Source: Vicugna vicugna (lineage: Eukaryota). From it: a DNA stretch of 64,000 nt. The position numbers and the translations under genes were made by a program. The stretch lies in NCBI GenBank assembly GCA_013265495.1, contig MU058337.1:64001-128000 (forward strand), in the 5' to 3' direction. Of this stretch, positions 36,741-50,001 are shown piece after piece; position 1 is the stretch's first letter; every line of letters begins with the position of its first letter. The notes below the pieces were generated by a model. It made no database searches. It was not told the DNA's origin and saw only the letters and a program-made list of their open reading frames with translations.

Positions 36741-39700
36741 ATAAGACACAAAGGGCTGCATCACAGGATATTTAAAAACACAAACATATTTTTAAGTATT
36801 TTGTGGAAAATGCAGTTGCAGACTTGTTGTTCATTCCACTTCATACAATGTTTGCTATGAACTCCAGGAAGGTACCTGTCTGGGAAGGAAATTAACATGC
36901 TTACATACAGGTGTGACACACACACATGCACCCAACAACTCTCCTGGCAGAAATTTCATTCTCAGAATCAATTGTTATAACATGCTCCCAAAGATATTTT
37001 TACTGCCTATACAATGACGATGAAACAAAGGAAAAGTAAAGGATTTTCAAAGACAAGAGTATAATCAATTTCAACACACTCCCCTAGAGCCTTAAAACAA
37101 AATCTTTTTAAGCACTGAAGTTTTTTTTAAAAATGCTAAATTTTAACATCCTAGTAATCAAACTGCAGGTCCATATCCCTCTTTGTAGAGCAAAAAATAG
37201 TACAAAGAAATATTTTGGGAAGATATAGATGTTATGCCCTAAAATATCTCAGGATTTAGGTCGACAACGCCTGTCTCATGTAACCATGCACTGAAACACT
37301 TCTCTGAAAAATGGAGAAATAAACTTAAACAATTTAAATTCTTCCCAAGAAAATCAACAATATTTTTCATCTCACTACTTTACTGATACCTCCAGATTTT
37401 TTAATTTATGTATCAAGAGGCCATTTCTTGGGTTTCCATCCAATTATTAGGGCATGATTTTCTAGTGAGAGAATGTGAAAAAATGTTTTCCCTTTAAATT
37501 AAAATGGAAATGAAGCAAATCTATACAACATTAAAAACTACTGCACATTCTAAATTATATATATATACACAACAATCTGTAATTTTTCACTTTTAATATT
37601 TTTGTTACTGTATTTCTTTAATAACAAGGGATTTGATTATGATAAATAACTTTCCAGTGGAACTAGATTTACAGTCATAATTATTTTCAGGATTTGTTTC
37701 GGGGTAACAATAAAAATGCAGATTGTTGCCCTGCGGTGGTGATATTCCTGGTTCATTATCCAAGTGGACCTGCATGTCTAATCAAATCTATGGTTAATGG
37801 TAGGCACCACATTATGGATGCTCTGTCCTGTGTCATCAATAGCTCCACAATCATGCCCACGTGCTGATGCCCAGCAAGCTGATTTATCCTGATACACAAA
37901 GCACCGAATGCCCAGGCTCCGTTTCGGAGACAACCCAGTTAATATTCAGGATCTTCAGAGTTCAGTGATTTGGAATCCCATCTCTGGAGATCAACAATTA
38001 CCTGATCATTTACTCACTCAATGAAAACTTCTCTGGGGAAGTCTAGCCTCTTTAAGGTCAGAACTGCCTACTGATTGCTGTTCTCAGGTGCTTGGAATGG
38101 CCAACCGTATGGCTGAAATCAAACTCTGCCTTTTCCTGAATGCGCCTGGTTTTGTAAACACCATGCTCCCTGCACTGGCGTCTCCAAGATTTGGAACTGA
38201 AATCACTGTCTTGTCCCTTCCAAGAGAGGGCCATGCTATGACATCAAAACAGTCTCAGACAAGGCTGAATTTCTGGCTAGCTCAAGAGAGGAGCTCTCTT
38301 TAGCATCATAATTATCAAATAGATTTAGACCCTCTACCCCTAAATATACATTTTTGGGCCCTCAAACTTTAAATAACCTTCTACTCTGAATCCAAAGCTA
38401 CACATTTCATCCCTAGTCAACATCTTCAATTCTGCCAGACGATTTGTTTAATAGACAAACTCCCTGGTGCTCAGACTGTCTCAGATTGGGATTCCAGCCG
38501 ATTTCAACACACTAGTTTCTTCCCAAGAGGCATAAGGTCATGGAAGTCTGAACTCGAGCAATAAAATGGCAGGCCAGGTGGATAAGAGAGACTATGAGAT
38601 GAAAGAACTTTAAAGAGATGGTGACCAAACCCCGCTGGGTGATAAGGGAGGGAGCTGGGTGAGAGATGCCACTGAATTTCCAAACTGCAGGGACCGGAGT
38701 AAAGGAGACTCCATTAAAGAGGCTATGTCACTGGTTTTGGAAGAGGGGCAAATAGATGTGTGTGTACAACCATGATTAATATCTGTCAATTAATCAATTG
38801 ATATGTACACGCACTTATGGTGTTAATAGCGCACCAAGTAGGAACTATGCCACAAGAAATTGGAATATTTTATAGATATTGGCTGTATAATTTTTTAAAT
38901 CAGTTATAGGTTTATGCAGATAAGCAACAAGTCTCACCCCGATCCTGATTAACTACTATATATTTTAAAACTTTATGAAAAATGAGGGAAAACTGTATTA
39001 TGTGATTTTTAAAGGGGTGCATTTGATTATTTCCAAATGATCTCGAAATTACCAATATTGTCTCTTTTTGACACATCATGGCAATCACAGAACATTTTAA
39101 CAAAACAGTGCCTTGGCACGTCTTAATGCTAACTTTTAAATGCTACAGAGCGACACTATTTAGCTAGTCATTAGTTAAGGGGAGACACGGGGATTTGCCT
39201 TAACGCAGAGTTGCTGTTATTTCCATAGCTTTTAATACTGCCCTTTAATGTAACACTTCTACAGCTGATTTTAAATTGCAAATAAACAAAAACATTTTCT
39301 AAATATAAAATAGGGCTTGTGGCTTACCTGTGTGTCTCTGACATCTGTGGACACATGTTCAAAATTAACAGAATAACACGGAAGGACAAGAGGACTAAAT
39401 CCTACAATAAGTAGAGATGATAAGACCCAAAGAAATTAAGGAAGTCGTGTGCCACCAAAACCAAAATGAAATCAAACAAACAAACAGAAAAAGCCCCTCC
39501 TCTGTCTAATTTTCTTGCTTCCTTCCACGGAACCAACATTTTCTCCTCATGCAGACTTGGGATCACAAGCTCAGGATTCAGAAACTCCGTGGGCCCCGGT
39601 GCACGGGTCACGCCGGGCAGCTGGAGTCTCAGGCAGAGCTGCAGCGAGGCTGGGAGTGAATTCTTGACCTTGAAAACACCCCTAAGAAGGGCTTCCTGCC

Positions 39701-40017
39701 TCGCTCCTGAATGCTCACCTTCCTGGGCCCTGAGCTTGGAAACCTGCAATCACTGATTTTCCTTTCTCCGTGGCTCCAGCGTCACGTGGTGGCTCGCCTG
39801 GGTGGAGGTCGGGTCATGCAAGGTCGGAGAGAGGCTAAAGGGTGAGGCTGGGCGTGCTGGGCTCCACTGTCACCTGGGATCAAATCCAGTCCTTTCAGCT
39901 GCTCCGAGTCTCCAGACCTACCGTCCTCCGTGACCCCATCCATGTTGGTCTGTCTTGTCCTTTGTTACTTGCTGTATTTGTGCTCAGAATCACAGCCAGT
40001 AAGAAGTGCTGCTAGAG

Positions 40018-40087
40018 AGCTTCTCCCCAGAATTCTTGTAGCTTCTCCCCAGAATTCTTGTAGCTTCTCCCCAGAATTCTTGTAGCT
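40018..40087. repeat. Perfect 22-bp tandem repeat, 3.2 copies (AGCTTCTCCCCAGAATTCTTGT)
   Basis: Units start at 40018, 40040 and 40062, with a partial unit at 40084. Confidence 0.97.
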
Positions 40088-42659
40088 ACCTGAGACATTG
40101 CTCCACAGCCCGCGGGAGGTTTGACGGGCAAGGCGGTGTAAGGAGCTCTAAGGCAGAGGCAGGCAAGACTGACATCTCTGAACGTCAAGAAATACCCAAG
40201 GAAAGGGCGTACATACTAAACCTTACAAGGTTTAGAGGCCATTTCAACACAGAGAATTGTTGTAGATACAATAGGAACATTTAAAAAAGTGTAAAATACA
40301 GCTTCGTTACAGAACATTAATGACAGTCATGATGTGAGCTGCATTTCCATCTATCATATATTATTGTAAGTGCCATTAATATGTGTCCAATATTATTCAT
40401 GTTAAGTTTGGTTTTAACACTAAGTCAGTGTGCTGTGTGATCAGTCTCTCGTTGCCTGAGGGTCTCCAGACCCAGCCTAGACCTGGAGCAAGTACACCTT
40501 GCCCCGCGAGAGAGGGATTGTGAAGACCCAGCGCTGCCTGCAGAGATGCAGGGATGTGGGGCGGATAAGGTGGGAGGGAGGAGGGGTCCCTGATGGACTG
40601 AGGGACTTCCACAGACAGCTATGGAGTGAATAGACATGGTATCATTAACCATTTGTACAGTAAATGTTACTTTCTGTGCAGTTATTTTATGGTTCATTTG
40701 CAGTGGTTTTTTAAGGCAGTACTGTTCAGCACTTTTGATATTAAAATTTTGCTGATGATTTGCTAAATTCAAATAATATTTGAAGATTTTTAGGTCTAAA
40801 AGTCTTTCTATTGTAGGTTCTGTATCAAGTCAAGATATCTTTGGCCATTTTGCTAAAAAAGAAAATTTGAATGTCAAACTGATGCCATGGTAGATTTTGT
40901 TAGCTTTAAATCATTTCTGCTTTAGCCTTTTTAAAGGAAAAATAAAATTATGTTGTTTATATTGTCATTGAATTATACAATCCAACAAACAAGCAGATAA
41001 AAAAAGCAGACCCTGCCTCCAAACACCGTAATGCTTGTGTTCTTGCCTGAAGATCTCTCATTCCTTTGGGAAGTCCTCTTTCTCCATCTCCATTGTCCAG
41101 AAATGTCTGACCTGAGTGACCCATTTCCTTGCTCGCTGCTTCCTCCTGTACTACGGCTTAAATAAAATCAATATGCCAAGGACCCATGTTTGTCTTAAGT
41201 GGACCCGTCTCACCTCAACGGCAGATGTGTGCCACACTCGAGCTTACAACTCTGCTGTCCACTCCTATGCTTAAAGGGTTTTAATAGGCTCCAGTCACTC
41301 TCAGGAGAAGTCTAACGTGGTCATACAGAGAGCAGGTCCTTGGCAACCTAGACCGTCAGGTTTAGGAGGGAAGAGCATAGATTCGCTTTGGACATTTCAA
41401 GTTTGACCCTAGATAGGATGTGGTGGCCTGCTTGGGTTTGGACATTGTGTCCTCGGAGATTCTGACAAAAGCACAGCCAGGGATGCTTTCCTGGACCACC
41501 CACAAAGATGATGGAGATGCAATAATCTAACTAGGACAGGTATGAAGAAGAAAAGAGTAAAGCACAGAATTTTTCATGAACCAGACAACCAGTTCTGTTA
41601 ATTCTTTCTTACACGTATCTCTCGAAATCAGACCAGGGCTCAACACCCTTTCTTTCGCCATCTTGATTTAAGCTGCCACCTGGTTTACTGCCTGGTCTGC
41701 CCCTGTTTTCAGTCTCTCCTTTAATCTGTCCTCTATGTTGCTACCAGAAGGACAGATCTAAAGCACTAACCCAATCATATATCCCTCACTCTTTAAAATC
41801 ACCCCGTGGGCCCCTTTGCATGACAAATAACATAAAAACTCATCACACTTGTACAAATATGGAGTGTTGTTCTTTCTCCACCGCGGGGCACTCCTTTGCT
41901 TGTTCTTTGGGTGGATCACACACATACAACACCGTGTTCTATTCAGGGCTCTCCTCTCCCCAGTTTCCTCTCCCTCTGATCTTCAGTAAAGGCCTCCTCA
42001 TCCTCAAATGCCTTGGCACTCGCGCTGAGAAGGCTGGCCCAGCTCCTGGCACCCCCGCCCCAAAGCCGAACTCGGTGCCCTTGCTCTTCCTCCTCCCACA
42101 ACTCGGCCTTACAGAGCTGGGGCCAAAGTGCTGACTCACTTTTCCATCTTCTCTCTCGATTGCGAATCTCTTGCAGAAGAGAGATGTATTTATACCTCTG
42201 CACGGAGGGCACTGCATGAGGTCTGGTGCGAGGGGATGATGGAATCACTGGAAAACAACACAGGTAGATGGAAATCCAGAGAAGGACCTGGAAGGGCAGT
42301 GTGGGTCAGACTACAAGGACGGTTTTTTCAGGAAATAAACTGAAGGGAGACTTAAGACGTTAGAGGCGGCTACTGAGTTGAACAAGGCAAGGATTTTGCA
42401 ACAAATGGGGAACAAAAAGGAGAGTTTGACATGTCAGTGCAATAATGGTATGGAAGCTAAAATGCAGTGATTGGGTGGCAAGACATCCGAGGGACATATA
42501 CAGATAACTTTTCGGAGAAGTTTGGAAGTAAAGGTAAGTGGAGGTGTGGGATATTAGTTTAAGTAGATAAGAACATTGGAAGAAAAAGTAGTATTTACTT
42601 ATGGACTTGGGAAGTATTAATAAAACGTTAAACAAAAAAGTTAACTTCTGAGAGCCTAG

Positions 42660-43110
42660 CTTCTCTGAGTGAACCATGTGAAACACAGCCAGCCCTGCCT
42701 CAGGGCCTTAGCACTTGCTGTTTCCTCTGCTTGGCACATTCTTCCCACACATCTTCACATCCTGCCTCCCTCACTTTATTCAGTCCCTCAGAGGTCACTT
42801 CTCAAGAGAGGTTGTCCTGAAACAACCTACTTAAAATTGTCCCTCTCTTGTTCTGTTCCCAGATCACTCATTAGATCTTTTAACTTTTTAGTTTTCTTTA
42901 CATCAGTTGCTGATACCAATATTTTTTATCTACATCTGCTTCCTTATTTGCAATCTGTCTCTCCCCTGGTGTGGGGAATTCAAGATGGGAGGGATGCTAG
43001 CTAATTTTATTCTCTTTGTAACCTGAGCCCTGAGACCAGTGCTTGGAAAAGCATAGGAGATCAATAATCTTTCTTGAATTCATTAATGTATGAATTCATG
43101 AATGAATGAG
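42660..43110 (+). mobile_element. L2 3' end
   Basis: cctgcctcagggccttagcacttgctgtttcctctgcttgg...gatcaataa...gaatgaatga tail. Confidence 0.75.
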
Positions 43111-44212
43111 ACAGAAGGCAAATGAAATCCACTTAATCTTTCCAGCTCAGTTTGGCTGCCATGGAACACTTACACCCCTCAAGGGACACTAGGGTGAGCC
43201 AATCATTGAAAGCGTAAAGAGTCTCCTTTCATTCATCAAAGAACCTACAGAAAGAGAGGGCATCACATTAGCATAACAGACGTCAAACAGGGCTGTGAGT
43301 GTGGAGCCCCTCCAGACATAATGACCAGCCTTTAAGAATGCAATGTCAACATGGTAGCAACACAGAAAGATAAGCATGGATGGACCGTCAGAGCGCAAAT
43401 GGTCATGACATGCCTAAGAGTCTGAATAGAAGTGAAATACAAGAACAATGCACCTAAACGTTGAACAACAGATACGTATGATAGTAATGTGTTACTTTAT
43501 ACGTAGTCTTCTGCTCTGCTTCTTCGCAGCTGATGACACAAGAAGGGTAGACACAGATACAAAATACAGCCAGCTAGCCAGCTAGAGAGAGGCGTTGGGT
43601 TTACGGCTTGGATATTGACACAGATACCTGACATTCAAGATGCAGCTTTAGTAGCACCTTTGGTGATTTCTGTCTTGTTCTCAGTTGTGTTGGGTCTATC
43701 AGGCTTAGATTCATCACTAATATGAGAGCTTTATTTATTCTCTTTATTTCAAAAATGTTCAACAAAATCTTAATAAAGTAATAAAATATTTGTATACATG
43801 TACAAAATATTCATATAATTATCAGTATACTGTTATAAAGGCAGGACCAGTTTGGAGCAGCTGTGTTACGTACTGAAACTAATTTACTTCATAGAATTAT
43901 AAATACTATCGACCTACAGATCTTAGTCTAATATAATGTTAAATTTAAATTGCTGAGCATTATTTTTTGAACCTGACTGGGGATTTTTTTGAAGTTTAAG
44001 ACTAGTTGAATACTTTTAATGCTGAATGGAAAAGCAAGTATTTGAGAATGTCTAAGAAAAGCATGAAAAATTCATCAGAAGGGACTGGCCTTATTGTATG
44101 TTAAAGTTACTATAAAGACACACTAACCAAAAGACTGTGACCAGCAACTAGCCAAATGGGTCAGGGTAACTCTGAAGCCAGGAACGCATGTAAGTACATT
44201 TAAGAATTTAAA

Positions 44213-44485
44213 ATTTTGAACTGGAAGTTCGTCATTTGTAGATACTGACAGGCATATGTAGAATAGATAAACAAGACTGTACTGTATAGCACAGGGAAAT
44301 ATATAGAAGATCTTGTGGTGGCTCACAGCAAAATAAAAATGTGACAATGAATATATGTATGTTCGTGTATAACTGAAAAATTGTGCTCTACACTGGAAAT
44401 TGATACAACATTGTAAAATGACTATAACTCAATTAAAAATGTGAAAAAAAAAAGAAAAAAGAGAAAAAAATAATAAAATAAAATG
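44213..44485 (+). mobile_element. Lineage-specific L1 3' end with poly(A)
   Basis: gatactgac...atagataaacaag...tactgtatagcacagggaaatatat...gaaattgatacaacattgtaaaatgactataactcaatt followed by an A-tail. Confidence 0.88.
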
Positions 44486-44504
44486 TGACAAAAGTGGAAT
44501 TTCA

Positions 44505-44643
44505 CTTTTTTTCTTTTTGGAGGAGGGGGTAATCAAGTTTATTTATTTATTTGTGCATGTATTTAATGGAGGCACTGGGGATTGAACCCAGGACCTCATG
44601 CATGCTAAGCACACACTCTACCCCTGAGCTCTACCTTCCCCTT
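44505..44643 (-). mobile_element. Vic-1-type SINE, full length
   Basis: Reverse A/B boxes (ggggattgaacccaggacc; ctctacccctgagct). TSD caaaagtggaatttca (44489-44504) / caacagtggaatttca (44644-44659). Confidence 0.9.
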
Positions 44644-45539
44644 CAACAGTGGAATTTCAATCCAGTGGAGATGGTGTGTGTAGAAATAGAAAAAAAAAAG
44701 TGACCATCTTACATCACACAAACATCTTAATTTTACAAGGATTAGAATTTAAAATACAAAAATTAAAGTTGAGAATAAGATGTAAAAGGTTAATCACTTA
44801 GCCTTAGGAAAAATAGGCAACCCAAAGAAGTAAATCAAACCAAAGTCTATAATAGAAAAGAGAGACATCATTTCTACACAATTATTAGAAAATTAGATGC
44901 CAGCTAACACGCCAGGGACAAAAGAAACAAGTAGGAAGCTCTCCTCAGCACATATCCAGGAAAATGTGAATAGTCCTCAATATAAAAGACCACACACTAT
45001 TGATAAGAAAAAGATAAATAATTCAATATAAAAATGAAAACAGATATGAAGAAATAAGGCCAATGAAAAGGGGGGAAACGTCTTCAGACGCAATAAAGTA
45101 AAAGCAGAGCCTGTGAGAAGCTCCTTCCCCGCGGAGCTGACAACACGTGAAGAGAGACCGAGCATCTCAGGGTGGCAAAGGCGTGGGTATGTGGGTTTCC
45201 GCGGGTGACGGCAGTCTCCGGTGCGATAGCTCATTGCAAAGAAACCTGGCGGTTTCTACGGCTCTTAAAAGCCACATGCAATTGGATTCAGCGGTACCGC
45301 TGTTGTGAATCAGCACCCCAGCGATACAAGCCAAAAATACTCAAATACAATGTCTTAATGCCTATCAAAAAAGAGAGAGTTTATAAACAAATAGATTAAC
45401 AAATGCTAAGGAATATTACTTAGCTATCAAAAAAGAACACCTCGATATATCTTCATTAGCCTTAGACATGTCTTCATTAGCTGGAAAATACGTCCACACT
45501 GTTAAGGGAGAGAGAGAACCGTCTGAGTTAAAGGAACAT

Positions 45540-46250
45540 ATTTGGGAAAATATAGATGGTGTTTAAACCACAGGAATGGATGAGGTCACCAGGGACTTTA
45601 CGAAGTGTCATGGCCAAGCTCTAAAGAGAGAAAGCCAGCAAAGAGGCAGAGGAAAAGCCATCAGGGAATTAGGAGAAAAATCCCCAGAACTATAAAAAGA
45701 GGAAGTGAAGCCATGTGAGACATTGAGCAACACGGGGAAGGACCACTGTCTGCTGGATTTGGCTACATCAAGGTGGTTTAACCAAAGTGGATTCAGCGGG
45801 GTGGTGAATGGAAGAACCTGGAGAATGGAAAGGGGGCGAGGGTCGGAGACCATGTGTACCAATTTTTCCACGTGACCATGAAAACAGAGAAATGAGTTGG
45901 TGGCCAGAAAGAAATGTGAGGTCAAGGGGGACTGTCTGTATTTAAACTGATAGAAATGGTGCAGTGGAGAGAGGCTGGTGGTTCAGGAGAGGAAGTGATA
46001 AAGGCAGGGGGGAGGCCACAAGGGATGAAATCCAGAGCATATCGGCTCTGGATCCGAGGAGGAACTATTCAGGATTACCGGACAGAAGTGAGCACAGAGG
46101 AAGGCTGGGCCGGCACCTTTGTCGACCTGACGGTGGGAAAACGCCGGACTTACACCTGATGGTTTCCGTCTCCTCAGGGTGGGAGGTCCAGGGGGTCTCT
46201 AGGTCTGAGTGATCATACCTACTGGGAAACATGGAAGAGTGTGGGACAGT
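45540..46250 (-). mobile_element. L2 fragments
   Basis: gatggtgtttaaaccacaggaatggatgaggtcacc...ctggatttggc...gtggattcag. Confidence 0.6.
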
Positions 46251-47365
46251 GTTGTCCGTCCGGGATTAAAATGAAATCAGTCTGCCTGTGCTCTGACATC
46301 CTCCTTCAGCGACCACCCGGCTGCTGTGGTGTCGGGACGGACAAGTTGGAAAGCTGGGGTCAACCTGGGTTAGGCGTTTGTCGCTTGAGCGTAGCAGAGG
46401 AAGGTGAGGGCGAGGGAGTGGAGGGGCTCAGGGCGGCCAGGGGCTCTGGAGGGGGCCGAGAGGGGGCTGAGGGAGGTGGGCACGGGAGCAGCAGGGAGCT
46501 GCTGAACTGCTGCCCCGGGGGCTTAAACAAGTGAAGGGCATGGACAGCCAGGAGAAGGTCTAGGAAGACGTTTTAGCAGAAGTAGCATTTAGGAGAATGA
46601 CAAGAAAAGAAATAAGCTGCCCTTGCTATTGTAAAATGTGTTTAATATGCAAAACAGCAGCCTTTTCTGGTGTAACTCCTCCTTGGTTGCTGTGACTGAA
46701 TTAGCAGGTCTGGAGTATATCTCTTTTACATCACTTTAACCCTCCTCCGACTTCAAACGGTGCTGTCCCAACCCCATATACTGACAGATGAAGTCAACCT
46801 GGGGAGACAGAAGCCAGGTGCAGCTGCCCAGCCCCTGGATTCCCGAGGCACATGAGGGAGTGTAACAGGGCAGACCTCAAGCTTCTGCTCCAGGCTGTTG
46901 AGAGGAAGCCGGGAGGCAGCTGCAAGGTTGCACGAGGCCCTAGGACTCTGTGAGCCCGTGACTGCCCTGAGCCCCGCTCCTCATCTCTGCTTCGACCTCA
47001 GCTGGGCTTCTGGCCAAGTTCACAAGTCGCTCTCACCAAGCATGACTGAGTCTCACGATAGACCCAGCAGAGGCCCTTCTTGACACGGGAGACATCAGCA
47101 CGCTGTGTCGTGGTGTTCCTAAACTTTCCTGCTACGTCTTGCTTCCACAATCAATGTCTATACTCTGGGTTTTAACATCTCTATATAAGACGCATGGAGC
47201 GTGTAGAATTAGGCCAGGTCCTGTGGAGGCAGAAGGGGACGTGCGTGGTGACATGGGTCTCGGCCACTTCTTTCTCTGAATAGTCTTTCTTACACTGTCT
47301 TAAAGTTCTGTTTTCCTGACTGTAAAAGTAACACATGCCCATTGTAGACAATTTTTAAAATACAG

Positions 47366-47565
47366 AATAATTTATAAAAGTAACTGATAACTATAATTAA
47401 TTATACAAATAACCATATATTTAATTAGTCATAATTAATATATCAATATTTAGAGATGAATAATTAATTATAATTGATAATTCTAATGGTGAGTTATAAT
47501 TATAATAACCAATTACAATGATAGCTAATTATAATTATAATAACTGACAATTCCATAAGCTAGAG
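47366..47565. repeat. AT-rich low-complexity tract of degenerate TAATTATAA units
   Basis: Repeated ataattaattata / aattataattataataact motifs; very high AT inside a GC-richer neighbourhood. Confidence 0.75.
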
Positions 47566-49973
47566 TTAACTACTGTTGAAATTTGAGTTTTGACCTTTCA
47601 GTAAACATATGCTTTACAATGAAACACATTGTATGTTTCCCTAGATGATGAAAAGTTCCCTGGGCGCATTCTCTGCTGGGATCCCAACATCCCGCCCTAA
47701 GGCTCCCTTACAAGGATCACGCGTGGTTCTGTTGTTTAATGTGTTCAGGAGCTCTGGCTCCTTCCCCGAATTAGTCCACTTCCCGCACTGCTGCCCAGCT
47801 CCGAGGTGGACATGGGGTGGCCATGCACAAGGGCCAGGGCGAAAAGCAGGCGTGTGGAAGACACAGAGCTCACGCACAGAAAGGATGGAGCACGAAGAAC
47901 ACAGCCGCCAGCTTGCCTCACCAAGGGATCGCGTCGGTATAAGGGACATGGGGACACACTGTGCTAACACTTTCTGCATCAGGAACAATCATTAAACTGT
48001 GGATTATGATCCTTATCAATAAGCCCTTCTGATTCTGGAAATGCCCCCCACTTCTATATTCTACTTATCCTTCAGGATCCAGCTCAAGACGACAAAAGGT
48101 CCCTAGACGAGGCGCACACAATGAAATATAACTTCTGACCCCCGGAGCGTGATGTCCCACGCTGCCAGAGAGGTTAGCATTCGACAGTCTTCATGTTTCT
48201 TTCCCATTTTCTAGATGTTGTGAAACGCAGAGCTTAGAACGCGGTTGGATCTTTAGAAAGCAGTCGGGAATTACTTTGATAAACTCCGCAGGAACATTTT
48301 TTCCCAGGTATTTGGAACATTTCACTGCTCATTAATTTCAGGTTTCATCTGGACTGCAGGAATTATCGCCCACACCTTCACTGGCCAGGCATCATCACTT
48401 CTAATTTTCTAAAACTCTAAACTCAAATAATCCCGCTGAAACAAACGTAAGGCAGGAAAGATCAGTCTCATGTTATATTTGGTGACCCTCTGCTCCCTAA
48501 ACCCCGACATTCACACCACTCTCTCCCTTTGTCCTTCTGTCCCATGCCCCACAGCTGCCTTCCTCCAGGCGCGTGCCTCCTGCCCAGGAGCACCCAGGGT
48601 CCTTGTAGAAATGGTGCGGAGGGTTTCAGGAACTTCTCTGCAGAGGCACAGAGGGGAGAAACCATGACATTCTGCTGGTGTAGTAAAGCACAGGGGGTGG
48701 GGGGGCGGGCGGTGACACAAAACCCAGCCAAGGGCGCCGTCCTCCGTGAATGTCACCAAGACGAGAACCCCAAGATATCAGAGGTTAACAAAAGATGCTT
48801 CTCATCATTCCTAAATATGCTGCTGATCCTCACAAAGTAATTTTTATTAATTAAAGCGCCAATTTTCAAACTCACAAGCTGATTTCACAAGGGAATTCTC
48901 TTTGGAGTTAAAATTGTCCTGCCAGTCCAAAATATGCCTCTCTTGGCTGAAGCCCAAAGCATTTTTATTTTCATTAATCATAGCGTTTTCATTCTTATAT
49001 GCACCCCTCCAAAAAGACGAGAGAAAGGTCAATACTGCCCGCTCCTAATTTATGTGATGTTTTTAGGTCCCCTGGAGTGCCCTCCTCAAAATCCATTCAA
49101 AACATGTGTTCCCTTACTGATGCTACTCAAATGTAACCTTGGTATGTCCTCTGTCAACAAAACCTTCGTCTTTAGGAGGAACCATTCTCTACAAATGTCA
49201 TCTGTCACTTTAAGACAATGACATATATGTACAGAAGTTTTCAGAAGTGCCACAGGAGAAAAAAACTGTATCTTTAGCAAGCCATCTTTGCCATAAATAT
49301 GTCTCCCTCTTCACTATGACCAACCAGAGAAGGTTTAGATGCAGCTTTCATCTGGCTCAGAAAATTCCGTTAAAAAGTCAGACATTGAAGAAATCCTTGA
49401 TAAACCCATGAGAAAAGCCAGTGCCGAACTATTTTTCGTCATACTAGCATCAGCGTAGAGCATTTGGTACCGATTGTCCCCCGAGTCTCTGAGCACAGCA
49501 AGGACAGAAGTTTACAGTCAAGGATAAGCCCCAAATGAATCTTACAAGTTGAGCACTGGATGGAGATACATGCAGTAAAACTTGAGAATAAAGCAATAAC
49601 CAGATGGCCTCAGCCATATATTCATGAACTAAGTTTTTATGCGAACACTTTAATACACGCTGATACCCAGAAATAGCCTTATAAAATTACTTTGTGTGGA
49701 TTGCTTTTTAAAAATGGCTGTGTATCTATCTTTTTCTTCAAAAGCCAGAGTGGTAAAGATTTCTGTGCTATCAGCGTTTGGCTCACACGGGGATTATTTC
49801 ACAACCCGGTATCAAGAGGAAATTCATTTAGCATGGAAAACGCCTTGCAAAGTCACCCTTCTGTGTCACCCAGGCAGATGTGGCATGCCAGACGACCTGC
49901 CTTAATTCTAGCATCCGCATGAAATGGTATTTTAAGAAGACACCCAGCTGAGCAAAATATCAAGGTTACTTAC

Positions 49974-50001
49974 AGCACTTGATAAAATGATAGTGAGACA
50001 T
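49974..50001 (-). CDS. MYO16: MYO16 coding exon 1 (28 nt, MSHYHFIKC + 1 nt)
   Basis: Minus strand reads ATG TCT CAC TAT CAT TTT ATC AAG TGC T|gtaagt, with a strong donor. An in-frame TGA lies at 50013-50011. Splices in phase 1 to exon 2 to give [27 protein letters not shown], the N-terminus I recall for the long human MYO16 isoform. Too short for the ORF track. Confidence 0.93.

Noticed and set aside
40018..40087. CRISPR-like direct repeats
   Set aside because: Head-to-tail units with no spacers, no cas genes, and a mammalian intron context.
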